Both the position numbers and the translations under genes were made by a program. A DNA stretch of 64,000 nucleotides from a virus (lineage: Duplodnaviria > Heunggongvirae > Uroviricota > Caudoviricetes): positions 17,954 through 81,953 of the IMG/VR virus record IMGVR_UViG_3300027896_000022, one strand, 5' to 3'. Position 1 is the first letter of the stretch; each line of letters starts with the position of its first letter. Positions 46,187 through 55,385 of this stretch are shown here, one piece after another. The notes below the pieces were generated by a model. That model was not told the origin of the DNA, ran no database searches, and was given only the letters and a program-made list of their open reading frames with translations.

Positions 46187-47614
46187 ATGAATGAAAAATT
46201 ATTAGAAAAATTGAAAGATCCAAAATTCTTTTTGGAAAATTTAGTTAAAATAAAAGGTAAAACGCCAGGGTTAATTCCGTTTATTCTAAATGAAGCCCAG
46301 AAAGATCTTTTTAATACATTAAGGAAACATAATCGCGTGATTATCTGCAAAGCCCGGCAGATTGGATTTAGCACAGCCGTTGTTGGTTATCTTTATTGGA
46401 AGACTCTTATGACTCCGGGAACAAATACTGCAATTATTGGTTATAATGCTCCATTGACGGCTGAACTTTTGGATAAAGTTAAGACTTTTTATAGAAGTAC
46501 TCCAGCAGATCTTCGTCCGGCCATCCATTATAATTCTAAAAGTGAAATTTCTTTTCCAAATATTGACAGTAAGATAATCGTTTTGCCATCTACTGAGAAT
46601 GTGGGCAGAGGATATACTCTTCATAACGTTTTGGCCACTGAATTATCAGCCTGGGAAAAAGCGGAAGATAAAATGATGTCTCTTGAAGCTTCTGTTCCGT
46701 TAGATGGGTTGATTGTGGTGGAAAGCACTCCTCGCGGGCAAGGAAATCTTTATCATAAGATGTTTATTGAAGAAAATGGTTATGCCAAGAAGGAATACGG
46801 TTGGTGGTGGGGATATACAGAGGAAGAGATTGAGACGATTAAAAAAAGAATGAACAATCCGATGCGTTTTGCTCAAGAATACGGATTGGAATTTCTTGCT
46901 TCTGGCAGATCTGTCTTTGATCAGAATGTTATCAGAAAACAAAGGAAGAATATTCTTAAGGTTGGTGACAAACATGGTGATTGGACGGTTATAGAAGAAA
47001 GAGGTTTGAGAATTTATTCTAACGTTGATCCTTCGGCTATGTATATTTTTGGGGTAGATACTTCAGAGGGCGTGGATGGAGGAGATTATTCTACTGCTAC
47101 TGTTTTCAACAGAACAAGCGGCGAAGAAGCGGCTTTTTATAAAGGATTGATTGAACCGGATAAGTTGGCGAAACTTTTGAATGAATGGGGGAGAAAATTT
47201 AATAATGCTTTAATGGTAGTTGAGGTTAACAATCATGGATTGACGACGTTAACCGTATTGAAACAATTGATGTATCCAACGCTTTATTTCAGGCAATCTC
47301 AATATGAGACGATTGGAGCTAAATATTCTGATAGATTGGGTTGGAAGACGACAAAGTTGACCAGACCTTTATTAATTGATGATTTATCCCAGGCGGTTAG
47401 AGAAGGTGTTCTGACTATTCATAGTAAGGAAACGTTGGATGAGATGTCGACTTTTATATATGACAAAAATAATAACATGGTTGCTTCTGGGACAACTCAT
47501 GATGACTGTATTTTTTCAGCAGCAATTTCTTTTCAGGGGTTTAAAGTTATGTGGGATAAGCCGTTAGATCAAATAAATTATGCAAATCATCTTCCGATGA
47601 GTACTAATTATTAA
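46187..47614 (+). CDS. Terminase large subunit
   Basis: Walker A-like KARQIGFSTAV, plus a C-terminal nuclease-like region with conserved acidic residues (DTSEG, HDDCIFS). Confidence 0.7.
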   Translation: MNEKLLEKLKDPKFFLENLVKIKGKTPGLIPFILNEAQKDLFNTLRKHNRVIICKARQIGFSTAVVGYLYWKTLMTPGTNTAIIGYNAPLTAELLDKVKTFYRSTPADLRPAIHYNSKSEISFPNIDSKIIVLPSTENVGRGYTLHNVLATELSAWEKAEDKMMSLEASVPLDGLIVVESTPRGQGNLYHKMFIEENGYAKKEYGWWWGYTEEEIETIKKRMNNPMRFAQEYGLEFLASGRSVFDQNVIRKQRKNILKVGDKHGDWTVIEERGLRIYSNVDPSAMYIFGVDTSEGVDGGDYSTATVFNRTSGEEAAFYKGLIEPDKLAKLLNEWGRKFNNALMVVEVNNHGLTTLTVLKQLMYPTLYFRQSQYETIGAKYSDRLGWKTTKLTRPLLIDDLSQAVREGVLTIHSKETLDEMSTFIYDKNNNMVASGTTHDDCIFSAAISFQGFKVMWDKPLDQINYANHLPMSTNY

Positions 47615-47619
47615 AATAT

Positions 47620-47952
47620 ATGCAATTAAAGCCATCAAAAACAGAAAGAGAGCGAGCAATTTTAAAAAAGGTTGTTGATCGTTCTAAGAGTGGAAAGGGT
47701 GGAATTATGGGGCCTTATAATCCTTATCAAAAAACAATGGTTCCGGTACCTCCGTATATGACGACCTTATCGCCGACTCCTTCAGATAGCACTAATATCA
47801 ATTATTCCAGGAAAGAGAAAAATGATCAGGCGGCAGGCAGGGCGATTAGCAAGTATAAACAATTTGACAGAGCGCCAAGAGCAAAAGAAAAAGCTAATGG
47901 GATGGTTGGAAAGATTAATGATGAAAAAAAATTAAAAGGTTCTAATAAATAA
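47620..47952 (+). CDS. Hypothetical protein
   Basis: 110-aa ORF. Confidence 0.45.
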   Translation: MQLKPSKTERERAILKKVVDRSKSGKGGIMGPYNPYQKTMVPVPPYMTTLSPTPSDSTNINYSRKEKNDQAAGRAISKYKQFDRAPRAKEKANGMVGKINDEKKLKGSNK

Positions 47953-47962
47953 TTTAAAAATT

Positions 47963-48544
47963 ATGTTAAAAGATTTAAAAAAGAAACAAATTTTAAAAAA
48001 AGCAGTCAGAAAAGCAGAGAAAAACGACGGAAAAGGTGCGGCAAATATAGTTCAGACCAGCAGGTCTTCACAGATTGCTCCAGCGGCACTTAAGATGCAA
48101 TCTTTTCCGAACGTGAGATCTGGAATTCCTGGGGCAAAGATAGTGGTTGCACCAGCTAGTTTGATGCCTAGAACAAACAAAATGACTCCGTTAGATGTAA
48201 TAAAAGGTAGAGGAATTCAATTAAGCGAACAGAATCAAGAAATAGCGTCAGGAAGGAAGGGCCCGACTTTAACGGACAATTTAAGAGGTGCGGTTGATAA
48301 AGCTAATATTTTAAGCGGGAAACCTACTAATTATAATATGTCAAGAGTGACAAAAATTCCTGAAGGATGGGACGTTCAAACTTATAAAAATTTTAAAGTG
48401 GCTAATCCTACCTTGGAACCAACTGTTGAAGATACTCGTAGAATGCAAAATGCTGGGACTCCTGCAGAAAATAAGGCTTATATGAATTCTTTTCGGCCTA
48501 GAGTTAGAATAATAAATTCTAATCCAGTAAGGATTAGAAAATAA
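47963..48544 (+). CDS. Hypothetical protein
   Basis: 193-aa ORF. Confidence 0.45.
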   Translation: MLKDLKKKQILKKAVRKAEKNDGKGAANIVQTSRSSQIAPAALKMQSFPNVRSGIPGAKIVVAPASLMPRTNKMTPLDVIKGRGIQLSEQNQEIASGRKGPTLTDNLRGAVDKANILSGKPTNYNMSRVTKIPEGWDVQTYKNFKVANPTLEPTVEDTRRMQNAGTPAENKAYMNSFRPRVRIINSNPVRIRK

Positions 48545-48552
48545 TTAATCGT

Positions 48553-49230
48553 ATGTTAAGTCCTGAGAAAAAATCCATGGCTATAAAAAAAATAATAAAA
48601 GATAAAGGTGAAAAATCCGGAGTTGTTTATTTGGTTCGCCATGGTGAAACAAGATTCAATTCTACGGATCATTCCAAAGATAAAATAAGAGGTTGGCTTG
48701 ATATACCTTTAGATGATGCCGGGAAGAAAGAAGCGGAAAAGGTTGGAAAATATTTTGCAGATAAGAATATAGGCAAGATTTATTATTCTGATTTATCCAG
48801 GACTGCAGAAACGGCCAAGATAATAGATAAATACGTAAAAGCCCCGATGGTAATGACTGGGACATTGCGTCCTTGGCGTCTTGGTGAATTGCAGGGTCAA
48901 TCTAGTACCAAAGTTCATCCTATTATTGAAAAATATGTAGAGGATTCTAAGACGTCGCCTGATGGCGGTGAAACTTGGGATAAATTTAAGAATCGTTTTC
49001 TTGACAGAATGAGAGAAACCTTGGATGAAGCGGATAAGACAGGTAAAAATATTCTTCTTGTTTCTCATTATAGGAATTTAAAGGCTGCCATAGCTTGGGA
49101 TAAGGCAGGAATGAAAGAAAATAATGTTGATTTTCAAACAATGTGTCATGGTGATTTAGAAACTGCCGCAATCTTAAAATTTACTAAACAAGGAAATAAG
49201 TGGAATATTGAGCATGTTAAAATAAATTAA
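48553..49230 (+). CDS. Histidine phosphatase superfamily protein (phosphoglycerate-mutase-like branch)
   Basis: VVYLVRHGETRFNS is the RHG catalytic motif, and a downstream His region is present. Confidence 0.65.
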   Translation: MLSPEKKSMAIKKIIKDKGEKSGVVYLVRHGETRFNSTDHSKDKIRGWLDIPLDDAGKKEAEKVGKYFADKNIGKIYYSDLSRTAETAKIIDKYVKAPMVMTGTLRPWRLGELQGQSSTKVHPIIEKYVEDSKTSPDGGETWDKFKNRFLDRMRETLDEADKTGKNILLVSHYRNLKAAIAWDKAGMKENNVDFQTMCHGDLETAAILKFTKQGNKWNIEHVKIN

Positions 49231-49235
49231 TTTTT

Positions 49236-49439
49236 ATGGAAAATAATAAAATTGGAATTTTGAAAAAAATTGTAGGTAGTATTTCTGGGTCAGGGATTGG
49301 CAGTAAAGTTAAAAAGGGTATTGCCGGATTAAAAGAATTGAAAGTTAAACATAGTATAAAAATTAAATTCAACAAAGATGACACAACAGGAAAAAAAGAA
49401 GAAAATAATCAAGGAAGTGGTGAATCGAACCAAGTCTAA
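49236..49439 (+). CDS. Small hypothetical protein
   Basis: 67-aa ORF. Confidence 0.3.
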   Translation: MENNKIGILKKIVGSISGSGIGSKVKKGIAGLKELKVKHSIKIKFNKDDTTGKKEENNQGSGESNQV

Positions 49440-49638
49440 AATTTTGCCTAAGCAATTAGATAGGGGCATGGAAGTCGAGAGAGAACATTCTTCCTATAAT
49501 GGTGAAGAGGCTAGTCCTTCTACTGATGTTGTTCATGGTAGTAAACGCAAAATAGCCAAGATAGCCACGGTTCATCTTAAGGAAGATCCGAAGTATTATA
49601 CGCATCTTGACGAGATGGAAGAAAAATATGCTAAGTAA
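49378..49638 (+). CDS. Small hypothetical protein
   Basis: 86-aa ORF. It overlaps the previous ORF. Confidence 0.35.
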   Translation: MTQQEKKKKIIKEVVNRTKSKILPKQLDRGMEVEREHSSYNGEEASPSTDVVHGSKRKIAKIATVHLKEDPKYYTHLDEMEEKYAK

Positions 49639-49652
49639 ATTAATATAAAAAT

Positions 49653-51854
49653 ATGGCTATAGAAACCTACAATCCAAGCGATTTTGGTGACAAGGAAGTA
49701 GCTTTGCGTAATACTTTTATTTTACAGATGTATGATGCAAGAAACTATTTTTTAAATGTTACTAAACCTCGGTTGGATAGGGCATATAAATTATACATTG
49801 CTTATACTGGGGATAGACAAAGAGAAATAAAAAGGTGGCAGTCTAACGTTTTTGTTCCATATATAATGGCGGCAGTAGAAACCTTGATGCCTCGTATCTT
49901 GGATGCCAGACCGGATTTTACGGTTAAAGGAAGATCGGATGAAGATCAGTTGAAGACAGAAAAACAGCAACAACTGGCTGACTATCTTTGGGAAATTGCG
50001 AAGATGGATGCCACAACTGAAACGCTTGTTCGTTCTTGTCTTATTTACGGGACAGGTTATTTGCAGGTGAGTTGGAAAAAAGATGTTAGAAAATATAAAT
50101 TTTTAGGCACTAAAGATTTATTGGATAAAAAATATACTTATAAAGAAAAAGAAAAAGTTTTTTATGACGCTCCTTATTGCGAATGGATAGACAATTATCA
50201 ATTATGGTTTGATTGGCATAATACCACCAGAGATACAAAGCAGTATTGGTTTAAACGCCTGGTGTTGTCTGAACCTGAAATAAGGCGTCGTTATCCTAAT
50301 GCTGATAAAAAGAGATTGCAGATGGGGCTTAACGGTGTGGGAGGTGATTTAAACGACTATGCTTCTGTCAGAAATTTGGTAAAATCAAATCATCAGTTTA
50401 TTTTAAAAGGTTTTGCGCCAGTTACCAGTTATAGAGGAATTGGTGATGATAAATATCAGGTTTATGGCGATCCGAAATTAAGAATGTATGAAGTCTTTGA
50501 GTGGTGGAGGCCGTTTGAAGATGCTTATACGGTTATGGTTGGAAATAATTATGTTCCAATCTTTAAAGGCGGCGCTATTCCAATACCTTATGATTTTAAA
50601 GAGGCTCCTTTTATTGAAGTTCCTTATTTGAAAATGCCCTATGAATTTGAGGGCTATGGTTTGCCGATGATTTTGGAAAATCCTCAGATTATGTTAAATC
50701 TTATTAAAAACCAGAGATTGGATGCGGCTACTCTTTCTATTCATAAGATGTGGATTGTTAATCCGTTGGCGAATATAAATAAAGAAGAATTGGTCACTCG
50801 TCCATTTGGTATAATTTATTCTATTGATCCAAATGGAGTTAGAGAAGTTCAATTTAGTGATATAAAACAGAGTGCTTATAGGGAAGAAGATTTATTAAAG
50901 CAAGATATGAGATATTCTTCTGGAGTTGATGATGCCTCAATGGCTGTTGGCGGTGGAGCAAGCAGTGCGACTGAAGTCAGGCATCTTAGAGAATCAACTT
51001 TGGAGCGTGTCAGGCTGTTTGTTAATCATCTTGGAGAAGCATATTCTGACGTGCTAAGATATTGGATGGATATGCAACGGCAATTTTTCACTAAGCCGAT
51101 GCAGATTAGAGTTCTTGGCCAAGACGGTGAAACATCTTTTCCGTTGATAGAAAAAGATGATTTAAAAGGTAATTTTGACTATATTGCGACAGTTTTGCCT
51201 TCTATTGCCGGACAGCAGGATGTTCAGAAAAAACAGGATATGGATTTGTTCCAGTTGCTTATTAATTTGCCATTCATTGATCCGAAAAAGCTTACTTCTA
51301 AAGTTCTTCAAGATTTCGGTTGGAATCTTGATGGTATAACAGCTCCTGAACAAGGAGCTCAACCTCAAGTTGGTCCAGATGGTCAGCCGATTCCGGGAGG
51401 TCCTACTGATCAATTAGCGGGGGCAGCACCAGGTGGAGCTACTCCAGATATGGGTGCCGCGATGCCGCCTCCAGGCGGGTTGCCGCCTGGTGGAGCACCC
51501 CCAGGCGGTGGAGTTCCGCCAGGGTTGAGTCCAAATGGAATTCCTCCGGGTGTTATGATGAAAGCTTTAAAACTTTTAGGAGGAAAACCTCAGTTGCCTC
51601 CTGCCGCTACATCTCAATTTACACAAGCTAATGTTCCGATTAATATTCAGGCTGGCAATCCTCCGACAGTTCCTGGAATTCCGCCTTCATCGGGTGGAGG
51701 TCCGGGACCGAGTAGATATAGTCCAGGAGGAAAGACGACTAATCCTCGGGGAATGAACAGAGGAGGAAAAGTAAACACTAATGCTATGAATAAAAATGGC
51801 AATTCTAATCCTGAATCATCTTTATTGCGTAGTGTTAATAATATTCAACGGTAA
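49653..51854 (+). CDS. Putative portal protein, with a C-terminal Gly/Pro-rich low-complexity tail
   Basis: 733-aa ORF that follows the terminase in the canonical gene order. No explicit motif supports the call. Confidence 0.4.
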   Translation: MAIETYNPSDFGDKEVALRNTFILQMYDARNYFLNVTKPRLDRAYKLYIAYTGDRQREIKRWQSNVFVPYIMAAVETLMPRILDARPDFTVKGRSDEDQLKTEKQQQLADYLWEIAKMDATTETLVRSCLIYGTGYLQVSWKKDVRKYKFLGTKDLLDKKYTYKEKEKVFYDAPYCEWIDNYQLWFDWHNTTRDTKQYWFKRLVLSEPEIRRRYPNADKKRLQMGLNGVGGDLNDYASVRNLVKSNHQFILKGFAPVTSYRGIGDDKYQVYGDPKLRMYEVFEWWRPFEDAYTVMVGNNYVPIFKGGAIPIPYDFKEAPFIEVPYLKMPYEFEGYGLPMILENPQIMLNLIKNQRLDAATLSIHKMWIVNPLANINKEELVTRPFGIIYSIDPNGVREVQFSDIKQSAYREEDLLKQDMRYSSGVDDASMAVGGGASSATEVRHLRESTLERVRLFVNHLGEAYSDVLRYWMDMQRQFFTKPMQIRVLGQDGETSFPLIEKDDLKGNFDYIATVLPSIAGQQDVQKKQDMDLFQLLINLPFIDPKKLTSKVLQDFGWNLDGITAPEQGAQPQVGPDGQPIPGGPTDQLAGAAPGGATPDMGAAMPPPGGLPPGGAPPGGGVPPGLSPNGIPPGVMMKALKLLGGKPQLPPAATSQFTQANVPINIQAGNPPTVPGIPPSSGGGPGPSRYSPGGKTTNPRGMNRGGKVNTNAMNKNGNSNPESSLLRSVNNIQR

Positions 51855-52001
51855 TTATATGGATGAAGGACAAATGCCGCCAGGCAACGTTAGAACAACC
51901 GCAGATTCTGAGAAGGAAGGTCGACTTATCGTTTCTGCGGGTAATACGAAGACAAAAAAGCGTAAAATTTTAAAAAAATTAATTAAATCTAAGTAAAAAA
52001 T

Positions 52002-52211
52002 ATGTCTATTTCTAATATTGGAGAATCAATGAGAAGAATCATTCCCGACAAACCGGCCGATCAATTCGGCAAAGACATTACTGGAGCAAACAATCCGGTT
52101 CGGAACAGAACTATTGCCTTGGAAGGGGAAGATAATGCTGTGGATAAGAAAAAAAGTTCTGTTTTGAAGAATGTTTTGTCTAAAATTATCAAAAAAAAGG
52201 CTAAAAAATAA
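52002..52211 (+). CDS. Small basic protein
   Basis: 69-aa ORF. Confidence 0.35.
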   Translation: MSISNIGESMRRIIPDKPADQFGKDITGANNPVRNRTIALEGEDNAVDKKKSSVLKNVLSKIIKKKAKK

Positions 52212-52226
52212 GAGAAAATTATAAAT

Positions 52227-52535
52227 ATGAAAAATGATAATTATTTTAGCAAGGAAAAACAAGATTTAATCAATTCGATGAGTAATGATGAGATGAATGG
52301 TCTTCTGTTGGACCTTGAATCAACTGATTATTGGATTGCAATCTTAAAATATAGTCAAGGAAGGCAAATAGTTGTTCAAAATGCCTTAATTACTGGTGAC
52401 CCTATAAAAAATGCTACAGAAATGTGCAGAAATCAAGGTATTTTGATGGGGCAATCTGACCTAGCTCAAATGGTTATTATGTTGAAAGAAAGGGCAGACA
52501 AAAATGGGCCTGAAAAGGTTTCTAAAAAAGAATAA
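52227..52535 (+). CDS. Hypothetical protein
   Basis: 102-aa ORF. Confidence 0.4.
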   Translation: MKNDNYFSKEKQDLINSMSNDEMNGLLLDLESTDYWIAILKYSQGRQIVVQNALITGDPIKNATEMCRNQGILMGQSDLAQMVIMLKERADKNGPEKVSKKE

Positions 52536-52568
52536 TTATTTGACTTTTTTGTTTTTTCTTGAGTTTTG

Positions 52569-52577
52569 TGCTATAAT
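52569..52577 (+). promoter_or_regulatory. Extended -10 promoter element TGcTATAAT
   Basis: The ttttgtgctataat sequence is shared with 33569-33580. It lies 32 nt upstream of the 52609 ATG. Confidence 0.4.
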
Positions 52578-52608
52578 GGTAACTAATTAAATTAAAATCT
52601 CTAAATTT

Positions 52609-52788
52609 ATGGCTAATTGGATAGCTGGTGCTATAAAAAAGCCAGGAGCTCTGCATAAGTCTTTAGGAGTTCCGGCAGGAAAGAAAATTCCATCTTCTAA
52701 GATTAATAAAGCTGCTCATTCTACTAACCCGACTCTCAGGAGAAGGGCAATCTTGGCTAAAACATTAGCAGGATTTCATAAAAAATAA
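52609..52788 (+). CDS. Small conserved phage protein of 59 aa (MANWIAGAIKKPGALHKSLGVPAGKKIP...RRRAILAKTL). I recall it as a DUF3008-like family. It is not in the ORF track.
   Basis: ATG-to-stop ORF with its own promoter. The sequence pattern resembles a widespread ~60-aa phage and bacterial small protein family. The family name comes from memory. Confidence 0.4.
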   Translation: MANWIAGAIKKPGALHKSLGVPAGKKIPSSKINKAAHSTNPTLRRRAILAKTLAGFHKK

Positions 52789-52812
52789 TTAATAAATCTT
52801 AATAAAAAAAAT

Positions 52813-53064
52813 ATGGCAAAAACCATAAAAGATAAGAAAGGAGCTTTTTTAAAAAAAGTTTTAAAAAAAGCTAAAGCTAAAGCTAAGAAAGCTAAACCAG
52901 AAATGGAAGAAAAGGGAGAAAATAAGGCTGAAGAAGCAAAAGAGACTGCAGTAGAAGAAGCTGCTGAGGAAAACGAAGAGGAAAGTGCCGGTGGAGGCAA
53001 AGGTGGTTGCGGCAAGGGCGGTCCGGGTAAAAAATGGATGGCATTGGCTTTTAAGAAAAAATAA
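52813..53064 (+). CDS. Lys/Ala/Glu-rich histone-H1-like small protein
   Basis: Contains KKAKAKAKKAKPE and an acidic middle. It is a possible DNA-condensing or internal head protein. Confidence 0.35.
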   Translation: MAKTIKDKKGAFLKKVLKKAKAKAKKAKPEMEEKGENKAEEAKETAVEEAAEENEEESAGGGKGGCGKGGPGKKWMALAFKKK

Positions 53065-53250
53065 ATGGCTACTTTTTCAAGTGAACCAAAATTTAAAATG
53101 CCAAAAATGCCAAAGGTGTCGGTGGCGATAAAACCTCCGGGAGCTTTTTTCTCTGGAGGCAAATATGCCAAAGGTTTGAAAAAGGTAAGATCGCCTAAAG
53201 CGACAGCTCTTAGAGCTTCTTTGGGAAAGTATGTCAGCAAGAATATGTAA
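53065..53250 (+). CDS. Small basic protein
   Basis: 61-aa ORF. Confidence 0.3.
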   Translation: MATFSSEPKFKMPKMPKVSVAIKPPGAFFSGGKYAKGLKKVRSPKATALRASLGKYVSKNM

Positions 53251-53304
53251 ATATGAATTTATTTAATAATGGAATAATTTGCGCAGTTATTCCATTAACT
53301 AATT

Positions 53305-54084
53305 ATGAATTTTATGAATCCAAACAATCCAAACTCGTCCGCCCCTGATCAGGCGGGTAGCGGGAAGGGTCCTGCAGGTAACGGTGCAGGGCAGCCTGGA
53401 AACGTTAACTATGAAGCATTATACAATGAGCTTGAACAAAAGCTCGGATCCCAAGGAAAAGAGTTAGGTGAATATCGAACTTTTTTTGAAGGGATAGCGC
53501 CAATTTTGGATGTCTTAGACAAGAGTCCTGAAATGGTGCAAGCCATTACTGACGGAAAACTGGATAATTCTTTAGCCAAAGCGGCTTTAGAAGGAAAGTT
53601 GACTGTTAGTGATGTTAAAACAGTCGAGAAAGCCTATGCTGAAGTCCAAAAAGATTTGGGCAAGAAAGGCTACGAAAAAGCCACTGCGGAGGATATTACG
53701 AAACTCGTTGAGGAAAGAGTTGGTGAAGTTAAGAAAGAAATGGATAATTCTTTGCGTGAAAGTGAAGAATTACGAGCGTTTGAAGGCAAGGTCAATGATT
53801 TTGTCGAAAGAACGCCTGATTTCGCCAATTATGCTCGAGACATCGAAGGATGGCTTGACGATCATGAGGATATAACTGATATTGAAGTTGCTTACTATGC
53901 CGTCAAAGGACAGCTTTCTGGAAATGAAGCGTCTCAAAAGGCGGAAGAAGAAAAGGCTGAATACGCCAAAAACATGGCTTTAAATGCCGGTGGAGGCGGA
54001 TATAAGTCTAATTTCATAGATGCTTCTGAAGGGGATGTTATTGATTCCCTTATTGCTCCAAAGTCAAACCCGAATGCTTTTTAG
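53305..54084 (+). CDS. Putative scaffolding protein
   Basis: Acidic coiled-coil protein immediately upstream of the capsid gene. Confidence 0.4.
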   Translation: MNFMNPNNPNSSAPDQAGSGKGPAGNGAGQPGNVNYEALYNELEQKLGSQGKELGEYRTFFEGIAPILDVLDKSPEMVQAITDGKLDNSLAKAALEGKLTVSDVKTVEKAYAEVQKDLGKKGYEKATAEDITKLVEERVGEVKKEMDNSLRESEELRAFEGKVNDFVERTPDFANYARDIEGWLDDHEDITDIEVAYYAVKGQLSGNEASQKAEEEKAEYAKNMALNAGGGGYKSNFIDASEGDVIDSLIAPKSNPNAF

Positions 54085-54124
54085 ACAAAAGAATAGGCAT
54101 AAGATAATAAATTAAAATCTTAAT

Positions 54125-54352
54125 ATGCCTAATATTTATCCGTATTATAATGAGCCAACCCACGACCAGGGTAATGCCATTACATTAACGGCTCCAAATG
54201 CTGGGCGTACTTCCAAGACTGCGTCTGATGAGCAAAGGCTTATCGTCGATGCGGTTGACAAAATATTCTTACTCGAACCGAACAAGCATCCATTAGTTAC
54301 TCTTTTGACAAATGTCGGAAAAGTATACGATAAACAATTACTGTCGTATTAA
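54125..54352 (+). CDS. Major capsid protein exon 1. The ORF as called runs a few codons into the intron.
   Basis: It is followed by a group I intron. The capsid-like exon 2 continues at ~55380. Confidence 0.45.
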   Translation: MPNIYPYYNEPTHDQGNAITLTAPNAGRTSKTASDEQRLIVDAVDKIFLLEPNKHPLVTLLTNVGKVYDKQLLSY

Positions 54353-55385
54353 AATCGGGTTAATTCGGGGAAACTCTTTAGTAGACAATCCCGACCCAAG
54401 ATATTCAGGAATGAATATAAGGGCTAACGACTAATAGCATACCGCCAGAACGGCGATGAAGCTAACAAGAAATCCCGAAGCCAGAGATGGCTAAGATATA
54501 GTCTGAACATCATAGTGATATGATGAAACATAGGATAAAGAGCCTATGGTGATAACATTATAGGGTAAAGCTTGGAAAGGATCTTCCATGTTGAAAGCTT
54601 CAACTGGAAATCCGGAGTTTAAGTGGTTTTTTAGGCTTATATTAGCCGAGAATAAGTAATTCTTTGGACCACTATAAAATTAGCTATTTGCTGGAACACC
54701 CTAAAGGCTTGCGTACCATAGAAGAACATGATACAATGTAATCTATGGTAAAAATCTCAAGCATACAAAAAGTGGGCAATCAGCAGGTAACATCTACAAC
54801 TCTCGCATGGCTTGCGGGAATTTGGGATGGTGAAGGTACTTTTGGTATTTACGGATATCCTAATGGAAAAAAAAGAAGGATGTATTATTGTGGAAGAATG
54901 ACATTATCTAATACTTCTCCTTTAATGATTGATGAAATAATTAGGATTATGGAGTTGTTGGGAGTAAAAGTTGATGTTTGGAAAGAAAAAAAATCACGTA
55001 AAGAGAATCATAAAAAGGCCGTTCATCTTACATTAAATCGAATTGATTCAGTTAAAATGGTATGTGAATTATTAATTCCATACTTAGTTGCAAAAAAAGA
55101 TAGGGCAGAATTATTGTTAAAATTTCTTAATTCTCGTTTAACTTATAAAAGAAAAGTAAAACGAGATCCTGCCACAGGTCATATTCTTGGGGTTATTGAA
55201 CAAGGATATCCTAAAATAGATATTGCAATGTGGAAAAAAATGAGAGACTTGAATCAAGTAGGTATTGTTGTAGATGGTTCCTCAGAGACTACACGCTAAT
55301 CCTCTGGTAACAGAGTGATGATATAGTCCGAACTCACGCGAAATCGTGAGAGTTGTACAGAAATGATACAACCTCTTAATTGAGT
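54340..55385 (+). mobile_element. Group I self-splicing intron carrying a LAGLIDADG homing endonuclease ORF. The boundaries are approximate.
   Basis: Group I core elements are present: an R-like gggctaacgactaatagca at ~54420 and an S-like gatgatatagtccgaac at ~55318. The ~400-nt 5' part is structured and non-coding. It interrupts a capsid-like reading frame. Confidence 0.6.
54745..55299 (+). CDS. LAGLIDADG homing endonuclease, encoded within the intron
   Basis: Contains LAWLAGIWDGEGTFGIY, a single LAGLIDADG motif, and is a 184-aa basic protein. Confidence 0.7.
   Translation: MVKISSIQKVGNQQVTSTTLAWLAGIWDGEGTFGIYGYPNGKKRRMYYCGRMTLSNTSPLMIDEIIRIMELLGVKVDVWKEKKSRKENHKKAVHLTLNRIDSVKMVCELLIPYLVAKKDRAELLLKFLNSRLTYKRKVKRDPATGHILGVIEQGYPKIDIAMWKKMRDLNQVGIVVDGSSETTR

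Noticed and set aside
52776-53240. 154-aa minus-strand ORF opposite the Lys/Ala-rich small genes
   Set aside because: All surrounding genes are on the + strand. The translation is a low-complexity mirror of AAG/GCT-rich coding sequence, so it is probably spurious.
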